Origin: Octopus sinensis
Lineage: Eukaryota
NCBI RefSeq assembly: GCF_006345805.1
Contig: NC_043015.1
Coordinates: forward strand, 24,552,001-24,616,000
Length of the DNA stretch: 64,000 nt
Direction of reading: 5' to 3'
The notes under the pieces are model-generated. The model did no database searches, was not told the DNA's origin, and saw only the letters and a program-made list of their open reading frames with translations. Positions 53,147 to 64,000 of this stretch are shown one piece after another. Every line of letters begins with the position of its first letter. Positions within the stretch are counted from its first letter, which is position 1. Both the position numbers and the translations under genes were made by a program.

Positions 53147-53819
53147 TATTTATAAATATATAGATATATGTATAAATATACATACACACACACGCTTTCC
53201 TGTATGCAATTATACTGAGACAGACAGGGGGTGGGGATGATATGCGCATATATATATTTATATATATATATATATGTGTATATATATATATATAAATTAG
53301 TAATAGACTGAAAAGGATGGAAAGGTGAGAATATATGTGCTTGTACATAGCTATAATATGTACATACTTATATATAAACGTATATGTGGATATAGGTACG
53401 TATGTGTATAGAAGTATACATAAAAATATTGTGCATACATTCAGACACACACAAAACAAATACTTGCATATCTTGTATAATATCTGTGTGTGTGTTTGTG
53501 TGTGTGTAAATATGTATATATATACATATGGTATGTGTGTATGGGTGTATATGCATATACAGAAGAAACATATAAAAAAAAACAATAGATCTTCAGAGTA
53601 TATGTAAATGTAAATATAGCCTGGACACTTCCTGCCTCGTTATGGTGGCCCAGTGTGTATATATCTGTGTGTAGATTTGTACATTTATAAAACATTCATG
53701 CAGTCATACCTTGCCATACTGAGAAATATTTGTTGTTGTTGTTGTGCATCTATAACTAGATAAGTAAGGAGATGGATTGATTGATCAAAAGATAAAGATC
53801 CAACAATATTTATTCATAC

Positions 53820-53877
53820 CCAATAGTTATTCATATACATATATATATATATATATATATGCATGTATACATATAGA

Positions 53878-53933
<56 letters not shown>

Positions 53934-53949
53934 CATATATATGTATATA

Positions 53950-54009
<60 letters not shown>

Positions 54010-54062
54010 TATACACACACATATATATATATATATTATATATATATATTATATATATATAT

Positions 54063-54113
<51 letters not shown>

Positions 54114-54240
54114 ATATACTAATCACACATACACACATGCATATATATATATGATGATATACATACATACTTATAAATGCATACATGAAAATACAGATAT
54201 ATGTATGTGCATATATATGTAAGCACACACATACATATAC
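53820..54240. repeat. Long (TA)n-rich low-complexity tract
   Basis: Direct inspection; source of the YI-repeat ORFs. Confidence 0.97.
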
Positions 54241-55507
54241 GAGTATATAAATATACAGGAAAAGTAATACAAACAATATGGATAAATAAATAACATTTTT
54301 GTGTCATTTATTATTATGTTTATTGTTTTCTGTTTTATTTCCCTGTTGGAATTGTAGAGAAATTGCAAAGAATTCTTATCACAGTTTATTTATTCTTGTA
54401 TAAACAGAAACACAACTATAGACATTAAACATACATAGATGGATAAATGCATGCATATATATAAAATGAAAAAAATCTTGTCTGAATCTGCTTGCTTTAT
54501 ACTCATGTGCAAATACACACATGCACGCACACATGTATAATCGTCATCAAACAAGTAAATATTGCATGACTTGTGGAGACAATTAAACCTATTTATACAG
54601 ACACACTCAGACAGTCACACACACCACACACACACACACACACACATGCACACACACACATCCTTAGCTCCTAAGAGATAAAAACATTCAATAAACCCAA
54701 AAATACACATTGAACCTCATTGCAATTTCACCCAATATGTGAAAAATGCTTTCATATCAACTTTATGCCTTATGACAATTCCATGCTGTATTGTATTTAC
54801 ATACATACACACACACACACATATGTATATGGATGTATGTGTGTGTATATACATATATGGATGTATGTGTGTGTGTATATATATATACATACATATACAC
54901 ACTCATATATATCCATATATATTGTGCCATTTTGTGTGCATATTTACAAACATCTTCACTTTCCTCACACTCATATCTTGCTCGATGCTCACATGATGAC
55001 ATGTCTGTTATGTAGTTTTCCCCTCTATTTATTTATTTATTTCTTCATTTAATCACTTTGTTACCTCATATTCTTTGTAGTCTTTCACTCATATCTAAAA
55101 CATGTTGACTGCAACAGATAACAGCTATGATGCAGACTTTCCCATTTTTCTATATTCAGTAAAAACCACCTGACCTGGACTTGCCTGGAATTATACCAAT
55201 AATTTCAGTGTTTCCATGCTTCTGGATTTTCTGGTTTTTTTTCTTATCTGAACGTGTGTTTTCCTGCTATCATTTTAAAACTTTTCTCAAAGATATTTCT
55301 TTCTTTAAATAGATAAAAAGAAATTTCTTTAAGCATTTATGTTTTACCATGACCATTATATTACATTTTGTTCCTTTTCCCAGTACTTTGCTATATTCCA
55401 TGTGGATATTCCAATATATATATATATATATATACATACACACACACATGAACAAACATGCATACATACATATATATATACACACACAAACATAGTTGCA
55501 TACATAC

Positions 55508-55967
55508 ATATCGGTACTTCGTTGTGCCATTTATTTGCTTTTATGTATAATTTTCCCTCACAGGCTATTCTTTACTGGAAAGCAATACTCTCGTATTGCA
55601 TTACTATTTTTATTGAAACTTCTTCACTGTTCTTGTTCTGTCAACGTTTTGGCGTTCAGTCGAGTGTATTGGCATGGATGTGGCAACATTTGTAATGTTG
55701 TCAAGGTATATGTTGGGTGATGAAGATAAATCAAATATATGTGGGCAGACATATTTTGAAAAATCTGAAACCGGTACCACATTATCCCTTTCTAGGTATT
55801 TCATCTTTCAGATGTTCTCCCGAGAGGTAAGACAAATTTTTTTCAAGTTTGTTGCACGCACACGCATTTTTGCTAGTACATACGCAGTGAAGCTATCCAT
55901 TAGCGTCGTATTTATTACGTTCGCTATTTTCCAGTAAATATCGGTACTTCGTTGTGCCATTTATTTG

Positions 55968-55974
<7 letters not shown>
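55508..55974 (+). mobile_element. Retrozyme-like / PLE-derived unit: 430 bp plus a 37-bp terminal direct repeat, containing an HHR fold
   Basis: atatcggtacttcgttgtgccatttatttgcttttat is identical at 55508-55544 and 55938-55974; embedded in (CA/TA)n. Confidence 0.65.
55710..55782 (+). ncRNA. Type I hammerhead-like fold with a C3G core substitution
   Basis: Stem I AUGU(U)GG/CCACAU; core gUGAUGA; stem II AGAU/AUCU plus UCAAA(U)AUAUGU/ACAUAUUUUGA; GAAAC-CG-GUA (palindromic ACCGGU). Confidence 0.65.
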
Positions 55975-56004
<30 letters not shown>

Positions 56005-56059
56005 GTTGTCTTCGTTTGACGGATCCGGCGCCTTTCGTGGAAGCTTTCGCCAGCTTCTT

Positions 56060-56330
56060 ACGATCGCGGTTTCGATTCCCAGACCGGGTATTGTGAGTGT
56101 TTATTGAGCGAAAACACCTAAAGCTCCACGAGGCTCCAGCAGGGAGTCGTGGTGATCCTTGCTGTACTCTTTCACCACAGCTTTCTCTCACTCTTTCTTC
56201 TGTTGGCCTGCTCGCTTAGCCAGCAGGGTGGCATCTGTTGAAGGCGAAAACAATGCGAAGTGCATTGTGACCAGCGATGTGTAGCAACATCTGATAGTCT
56301 GGTCAGTCACGTGATCACGTGATATATATA
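56060..56330 (+). mobile_element. 5'-truncated family D SINE with a different 3' tail
   Basis: gatcgcggtttcgattcccagaccggg...gctgtactctttcaccaca is shared with 22340-22470 (minus); it then continues into an unrelated tail ending cacgtgatcacgtga. Confidence 0.75.
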
Positions 56331-56392
56331 TATACGTTTAAATATATATATTGTTTGTTTGTACTCTCCATCAGCCTTCGTCTTTTGTTTAT

Positions 56393-56442
<50 letters not shown>

Positions 56443-56821
56443 TTATTTATATATATATATATATATGTATATATATACTTATATGTAAGCATCCACATTG
56501 TTTAGCACTCCATTTACTATGAACGTAAAACATATTCAACTTATCTAGCACCTTTGTTTCATTATTAGATAAGCATGTCTTAGTTATATATTATACTTAT
56601 TTCAACTGATAACTCCTTGGAAAATATCACCTTACAGACAGAACAACACAATGGAAAAAATATATTCAGGCTACCTCAAATGTTTCAGTCTCCATCGTAA
56701 CCACTATGCTGTTGTATAACCTCTCAAAACTGCCTACGGAAAGAATCATGATTTTTTAAGTGAGCAGTGCATTGAGCAACCATAATGCCAAACAGTGATA
56801 CCAGCAAAAATAGACAACGAT

Positions 56822-57002
56822 CCAGTATACACACACTTTTAGATTCAGAGTTAGAATGAACAACACCTCAGAATCATTGTATGTGTGGAACCTAATGGAG
56901 AATGGGTTTGAAAACATCTTTGTTGATTGGAAAATATTAACTGGTGCATCTCTGGACAGCAATGGATGTGAAGTTGTATGTTTAGCTTCTGTTGAACATT
57001 GA
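56822..57002 (+). mobile_element. Possible decayed GIY-YIG C-terminal half of a second PLE lineage
   Basis: HTFR...SLYVWNLMENG...DWKILTGAS..SNG..VVCL resembles the pattern HSFR...LSKYVW.LK....W.IL..A......C.LC; recognition only. Confidence 0.35.
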
Positions 57003-57244
57003 AAATCTATGAAACATGTTTAGGGAATAGGAGGAGTGAAATGTTGAAGAATATCCAACTTGTGGAAACCATGGTTGACATGGGAATAATTTTGTTAAAT
57101 GAATTTCAAATACAAAGAGACTATCTTTGACTGTGTTTAACTTCTTCTGATTGTTACTTAACACCCTGCCCCACATACACCACATGTGTGTGTAGATGTA
57201 TGCATATATATATATGCATACATACAGGTAAATATGCATAGTTC

Positions 57245-57591
57245 ATCTTGAGCTCTGGGCCTCACGGAGGCAAAATGGCAGAGTTCCTTTCGAGTGTTGG
57301 GCCTAACAGAGGAAGGTTTCATGGAGGCAATGACCAAGACCTTTTGCATTATGCCATGCTTGAGAAGAAGACCCATCAAACTGAGCAAAATCACAGTCAT
57401 GGTAGATACCAGTGTTATGCAAATTGACACCCATGCTGGTAGCACGTAAACACAACCCGGTGTCACATAAACGGAACCCATGCCAGTGGCATGTGAAAGC
57501 ACTCATTACATTCTCAGAGTGGTTGGTATTAGGAAGGGCATCCAGAAAACCATGCCAAATCAGACTATGGGCAACGGACATTAAATGATGA

Positions 57592-57595
<4 letters not shown>
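57245..57595 (+). mobile_element. RTE LINE 3' end (ORF terminus, UTR units, (GAT)n)
   Basis: LGLTE...AMTK...YAMLEKKT followed by the shared tail; links the tail family to an RTE-type ORF. Confidence 0.65.
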
Positions 57596-57659
<64 letters not shown>

Positions 57660-57895
57660 TTATCCCAAAAAGCATTATGTAAAAGTGCCCGTGTGGTGCC
57701 ACGCATGTAAGATCCCCCGGTACACACTGCAAAGTGGTCGTTAATAGGAAGGCCTCCAGCCATAGAAACCATGCTAAATCAGACTGGAGTCTGGTGCAAC
57801 CCACCAGATACAGTCAGGTACAACCCACCTCCTATTACACTGTCAAACCCATGCCAGCATGGACAACAGATGTTAAATGATGATGATGATGATAC
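57660..57895 (+). mobile_element. RTE-derived 3' tail repeat
   Basis: aaagtggtcgttaataggaagg...aaacccatgccagcatgg...(GAT)n. Confidence 0.6.
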
Positions 57896-58334
57896 TAACT
57901 GTGAATGTAATATAATTACATGTATATATATATATAATACATATGTGTATCCAGCCATACATATATACACACACTTGTGTGTGCATGTGTGTATATACAA
58001 TAATAAGTTTCTGTGAACCAGAAGAAAACATGCACATTTATTAGATAACTGAGTGGCTCTATTATTTATAGAAGTAGTTTCATGTTGAAGAACTTTCCGA
58101 GTGCAGCAACATGAATTAATAATCATCAGATGTGGCTTTCCATTCCACCTCTTTTGATGATTCATTTCTCCCCATTTGGAATCTACTTCAATATAAAACC
58201 ATTCCTTAACATGCATTTCCTGTTATGGGACCAAATTTATATTGTAAAGCTAATCAATCAATCTATCTATCTTTTTTACTTCTCCCCCCTCTCTCTCTCT
58301 CTCTCTTTATATACATATATGTTTATACTTATCT

Positions 58335-58367
<33 letters not shown>

Positions 58368-58734
58368 TAAAGAGATATATATAAATATATATATAAACAA
58401 GCAAGAGGATATCAAGAGGTGATGCAGTACGACCATTTCAAGTGGTTTCATTTAATTGAACAATGCACTCATTACATCAATTTAAATGCAGGGCTATCCT
58501 CAGCTGCATAAATAAATAAATGGAATTTTTTAATCAGCTGGACACATTAATATAATTTTGCTCAAATTCTTTAATAGAGCAAGAAGAGAGAAAGTCCATC
58601 CTGCTACTACTTTGAGTTGTACGGAAAATACCGCACTAACTTGGTGCTTCAACTTAAGTAGCTAATTCAACTGAATCTCAATTATTTATATAAATGTGTG
58701 TGTGTGTGTGTGTGTGCATGTTTGTATGTATGTG

Positions 58735-58773
<39 letters not shown>

Positions 58774-59570
58774 ATATATCATTCTAACTGATTTGGAGTA
58801 CTTTGTAGAAAGGACATCTTTGAAACCCCAAGACACCATAAGATAGTCCCCACCCCTGACATAGCAAACTGATGATGAAGAGAGCACTTCAGCTTTGACT
58901 CTTTATCCCACCAGAAAAGTGTGTCTCATTCTTTATTGTCTCATGTATCATTTAATTAAAGCAATTAGGGTGTGAAGGTGTTAAAGAGCTTTGACTGCTA
59001 TTTCTGACAGGGTCAAACAACAACAGTGAAACCTCCCTCCTTGGCGCCTCATATCACAATCGTTATATTTAGCATCAGCCACAGAAACCAAATTTCTAAG
59101 CTGGTCAACACTTTTCTTCCACAAAGCTAGTTTGAGGTTAACAACGTAGAATTCAACATCAAAAGGATTTCAATTAAAAGGCCTACACTCTGCTTTTAGG
59201 ATAATTGCAAAGATAATTCCACTAATTATTCATTATCTCACTCCACCAACTCTAAAGTTATATTCTTTCTTCTCTTTACTTGTTTCATTCTTTCTGGCTT
59301 TCTCTCTCTTTCTTTCTTTTCTCCTTTCTTTCCTTCTTTCTTTCCATCTTTTCCTCTCTCTTTCTATTTCTGTCTGAAGGAATCTCATTCTGTTCCCTAG
59401 AATTAGTTTTGTGATTGCTGCTGTTACTACTACTGCTGCTACTGTTGATGCTGCTGTTGCTGCTATTACTACTACTACTCTTGTTGTTGCTACTTCCATA
59501 CTTTACAAGAGGAATCTGATAAATTCTGATTCACACACCTGTAATACAGATACACACACACACAACTTCA

Positions 59571-59648
<78 letters not shown>

Positions 59649-60017
59649 TCACACTACTCTAGTATCATCTAGCTTGCACACAGACCTGCAGGCACCCACC
59701 TACTGATTTTCTAGCAATTCTCCTCATTCAACCCGCATATACATATCTATGTATGCACACAGACATACATATGCATATATATATGCATAGCATATATATA
59801 TGCATACACACATACATTTACGAACGATGGTTTTTATGGAAAGACATATTTAAAAGCAATTTAACATTAAACCAAAAAAATACTCAATATTTTACAAGAT
59901 GTTTAAACTTTTACAAGGAAAATGTTGACAGTGACTTTGAAGTTTTAGCTTACTAGCTTTCATCATTGTTGTAAATATATGCATGTGACTACATACATAC
60001 ATATATATATATATATA

Positions 60018-60221
60018 TACTTTATAATTAGGGTTCAGCAACGATTTGCTTCACCACATACCGAAGTTTAGAAATAGCAGTGAAAAAATCTTAGCTATTC
60101 CTTCTACTTTTTTCTGGGAGCCCCTTTTAAAGTAGAAGGAATAGCTAAGATTTTTGGACTGCTATTTCTAAACTTTGGTATGTGGTGAAGCAAATCGTTG
60201 CTGAACCCTAATTATAAAGTA
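60018..60221. repeat. Near-perfect hairpin with 93-bp arms and an 18-bp spacer
   Basis: 60018-60110 versus 60129-60221; I count three mismatches. Confidence 0.92.
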
Positions 60222-60408
60222 TTGCTTAAGCTTACCATGAAATGGTCTTTTTCATGCCAAATTCTACTTGGTGAAATTACTGATTACTTCTTAATTACTT
60301 AATTTTACCCTTTGTTATTATATATATATATGTAAGTATATGCATATATATATACATACATATATATGTATATATGTATATGCATACACACACACACACA
60401 CACACACA

Positions 60409-60450
<42 letters not shown>

Positions 60451-60453
<3 letters not shown>

Positions 60454-60807
60454 TTCATTATATTAATGGCTATTACTACACATAAATGCCTCGTACTGTA
60501 AGGGACTTTTAAAGACAAAGCTACTTTAATAAATATCCATGGTACCAAAAGTGGGAGAACACAACTTGGCAGTCGCCTCTTAAAAGTGAATTTAGCTGCA
60601 AATCACATTATTTCATAGTCAGTGCACATAATGCACTCCATACTTGTCAGTGCAGACATAATGAGAATGCATAAAAATGAATACATGTACATACCAGGTG
60701 AAACACCAAACATATCCAGCATAGCACATACAAATTCTCACACTTATATATCCAGGTAAAAGTGTGAGGCATTTATGTGTAGTAATAGCCATTAATACAA
60801 TGAATGT
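60451..60807. mobile_element. MITE with ~45-bp TIRs
   Basis: acattcattatattaatggctattactacacataaatgcctc is inverted at gaggcatttatgtgtagtaatagccattaatacaatgaatgt. Confidence 0.8.
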
Positions 60808-60932
60808 ATTTATATTTAAAGGGAATAATTATATATATATTGTATAAATTTTCCCCTTAATTGTTTTTTCACGCTGGCTATTTGATAAATATTTATATAG
60901 ATTTTATCCTTATATTTAATTTATCTATACAT

Positions 60933-61340
60933 ATAAATCTGACATGGGTGATTCTTTCTTGTCTTGGGATTTACAGTCGAATGGCTGGCTGGAATTGCAT
61001 GAAAAATTACACAGATGTGTAGAATGATCTGGTGATGTTGCTGGGTTTCATATTTTTTCATAGCTCCCACGGTTACCAAGATAATCTACTGTAATAATAC
61101 TCTTGTATTTATGAATGAGAAAGGAAGGGGTGATAGATGAATAAGGAAAGAAGAGGTGATGTCAAATTTAGGTGTGTATGTATATATACATGGTGGTTTT
61201 TGGTTTCATAGATATACTTCCATTTTTATGTGTGGATTTATTTTTTCAGCATTTCAACTCTGTGTGAATATATGTGTGTGTATGTAAAAGGGGTGGGGGT
61301 ATGTGAATGTGTGTGTGTGTGTGTGTGTGTATGTGGTGTG
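60933..61340 (+). repeat. Dispersed repeat of unknown class (copy 2 of 24442-24760)
   Basis: Shared blocks as described for copy 1. Confidence 0.75.
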
Positions 61341-61578
61341 TGTGTGTGTGTTTGCTGAAACCGTCCAGTTATTACAGTTATCAGAAACTTAACATTTTTA
61401 TTAATGTCTTTTTTATTCTTTTTTTTGTTAATTTTTGTTTTCTTAAAATATTTTGTTTCTCTTTTAACCTTTATTTTTGGTGTTTGAATACAAAGAGGAG
61501 GTAAATATTTAGAAGGCAGCAGGTTTTACACAGCAACATCAGCCAAACTACCTGGGGGAAACCGGGAAAAACAGCTAG

Positions 61579-61613
<35 letters not shown>

Positions 61614-61779
61614 CACTTGCTATCACTGTTATCTCTAAGCATCTTCCCTCACACTCTTATTGCACTATTTTACGCCCCCCTTCACTGTCCCCTATAGGCA
61701 GCCCCTGTCTCTTTCTACAACTCCTCTATTTCTCTCTAACTCTCATGAACCTTCCTCTTCTTCCTTGTCCTACTCAGGT

Positions 61780-62090
61780 AGCCAAGTGTCTCCTGGGTAG
61801 TAAGGGGGCTTCTTTTGTCCATCTGTTATACTCTGATCTCCCTGTTCCGCTCAGTTTTTCAATTGAGAGGTCCTTGTTTTGCGAGCTTGTGGGCACTGGT
61901 GCCATGTAAAAAGCACCCATTACATTGTGTAAAGTGGTTGAGGTCGGGAAGGACATCCAGCCATAGAAACCATGCCAAAATAGACAAGTGGAGTCTAGTG
62001 CAGCTCTCAAGCTAGCCAGCTCCTGTGAGACTTTCTAATCCATGCCAGCATAGAAAGCAATGTTAAATGATGATGATGATATTCATCTAC
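61780..62090 (+). mobile_element. RTE-derived 3' tail repeat
   Basis: ggtgccatgtaaaaagcaccc...ggaaggacatccagcc...catgccagcatagaaa...(GAT)n. Confidence 0.7.
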
Positions 62091-62981
62091 ATATACATAC
62101 ATATATATATACATCCACAATCATGCATAATATATTGGCTAGATGGAAATGTATAGAGGCCTGTTATTTGAAAAAGAGTTACAGCCTTGTCACACTGAGT
62201 CATTCTGATTTTACTGAGAATTACAATAAAGGTTCACGTGTCAGTAAACATGGAGACAATTATCACAATTGTTTTTTACCTATAACAAGTTGAAATTTAA
62301 TAATTCTGTCACACCTCATTATTATCTCAGTTAACTTATCTTTTCATGTTACTTCTAATAGAACACTGACTTTACTTATGTTATCACTCTTATCTATCTA
62401 GAAGTTTCTTACCTTTTAGTAACTTAGTTGAGGAACCCCTCCATGTTAACACTTGCACACAGCTGCTAATCTATGCATTTCATATTTACCCTGAGTTTAG
62501 CTGATCTACATTTAGAGTGACTGCTCTAAAATTTTGACCCTGATACGGAGAATAGAGGAAGGGGTTTTCAGTAGTACCAGTATAGAACTGTGCCCAATTT
62601 CTACATATGAAATAAAGGTGGTATGATTTGTTTTGCATGCTACTTCAGCAAGATCAAAGACAATTTCCCCAAAATCGTTCATTTGTTACTTCTTCCAACA
62701 ACCACACACATATATGAAAGTGGGGGGAGGGCAGGGTTTGAATGGGTTCTCAAATATAGATGATTTTTCATAGATCCAACATCAAGTGTACCCCAAAAGA
62801 AATTTAGAACCAATAGATAGTTAAGAGAGAAAGAGAGGGAGATTGACAAGGAGAGAAAACAAAGAGACGGGCAGATGGATAGAGAGAGGCACGGTTTCTG
62901 TAGAATGGGAAAACAATAAGCTTTGTTTTCTTCAATGGGAAGAAAGAAGCAAAGAAAACATGGTCAGCATGGGCATGGAGC

Positions 62982-63389
62982 CAGGGCCGGATTGAGATCC
63001 ATAGAGGCCCTAGGTGATTAAAAGATTTTTGGTGCTTCCATACATATGTAATTCAAAATATAAAAAATAAACCATAATGCAATTTTTTTTTTTTTAAATG
63101 AAACAAAACTAACAATAAGATAGAAAATAATGTTTGTTTTTCTATACTTTCTCTTAATTTATATCTGAAAAGTTTTCATTTTTTTTTATTGCAAACTCTT
63201 GGATCAGATCCTCCCTTTGACACCATGAACTCTTTGAAATTATGTTTCTGATCATAAAAACCACTTTGAATAGCAAGTTTGAAGTGACTTCTTTTGTGCT
63301 GTAAACAATTTACAATTTCTGTGGTACCCTATCCTTCCTTCGAAGCCCTAAGGATGTACTTATCTTGCCTAATGGTTAATCCAGTGCTG
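62982..63389. mobile_element. Non-autonomous hAT element (408 bp) with an exact 8-bp TSD
   Basis: TSD catggagc at 62974-62981 and 63390-63397; imperfect TIRs cagggccggatt / aatccagtgctg. Confidence 0.88.
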
Positions 63390-63829
63390 CATGGAGCTTT
63401 AAAAAAAGAAACCAGATGGTCAGGGCAAAAGTAGTTTCAATCATGGATAACAAGAATGAGTTGAGAAAAAAATAGCAGGAAAGTGAGAATATTTTAGAGA
63501 GGTAAATTTAGCTTCTGAATATTGAGAGGTGACCAACGTGCAGTCAATATTTCCTAGGTCTAACACTGGGTGCAAATAGATGCCAGTCAAAGTGCAGAAA
63601 ACTGTGCTTGAATATCAAAAGTAGAATATGAGAGTATTTTATTTAACCTGATAATTCTTTGTCAACTGTTACTTAGAGTTTCTCATAATTGATCATCAAG
63701 CAGAAATGAGTATTTGTAACATAGCTATGGCTTATAAGTATTTATGAATATTCATGATTATATGAATATTTATAATGTACTACATATTTCGAAATATTCA
63801 TGTCCACCAAATAAGAAGTCACATGAAAC

Positions 63830-64000
63830 TCTGAATATGGCTGAATGGTTCAGAAGTTTGCTTCCCAACCTTATGATCATGGGTTCAGTCTTACAGTATG
63901 GCACATTGCCAAGTATCTTCTGCTATAGCTTCAGGACAAATAAGGGCTTGTAAATGTATTTGGTAGATGGAAACTGAAAGAAGCCCACCATATGTGAATG
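63830..64000 (+). mobile_element. SINE family A copy running off the window end
   Basis: tggctgaatggttc...gggttcagtc...aagtatcttctgctatagc...gtagatggaaactgaaagaagccc. Confidence 0.75.

Noticed and set aside
55674-55937. 87-aa ORF with a hydrophobic C-terminus (and a GPCR-like reading on the opposite strand)
   Set aside because: Both frames contain nearby stops, and the segment is better explained by the HHR fold and terminal direct repeat.
58070-58140. Minus-strand CTGATGA...GAAAC pair
   Set aside because: Ten unpaired nt separate the core from the only hairpin, and there is no NUH triplet or stem I; consistent with chance.

Overview
AT-rich, microsatellite-dense eukaryotic non-coding DNA. 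The repeat families look like those of a coleoid cephalopod, probably Octopus; this is inferred from pattern recognition, not a database search. I found no supportable host protein-coding exon, rRNA, true tRNA gene or CRISPR array. The window is a mosaic of tRNA-derived SINEs, decayed LINEs (CR1-like with a long RT remnant, RTE, R4/Dong), Penelope-like elements (PLEs), Tc1/mariner elements (DD34E, DD37D, DD34D-type), MITEs, a Helitron helicase remnant and long (TA)n/(CA)n/(GATA)n/(TAA)n tracts. Most ORFs in the supplied track are translated microsatellites. The main unexplained signal is a set of sequence-unrelated type I hammerhead ribozyme (HHR) folds. (i) One has a fully intact core, about 95 nt downstream of a CCAAT-CRE-TATA cluster (47743-47828). 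(ii) One lies in a 430-bp unit bounded by an exact 37-bp direct repeat, a retrozyme/circular-RNA-like footprint (55508-55974). (iii) A tRNA-like Pol III promoter + HHR module sits at the 3' end of a PLE GIY-YIG ORF and also as a free head-to-head pair (36.2-36.8 kb, 44.8-45.3 kb). (iv) Further degenerate or half HHRs lie inside inverted repeats. Boundaries of decayed repeats are approximate (tens of bp) unless TIRs or TSDs are quoted.
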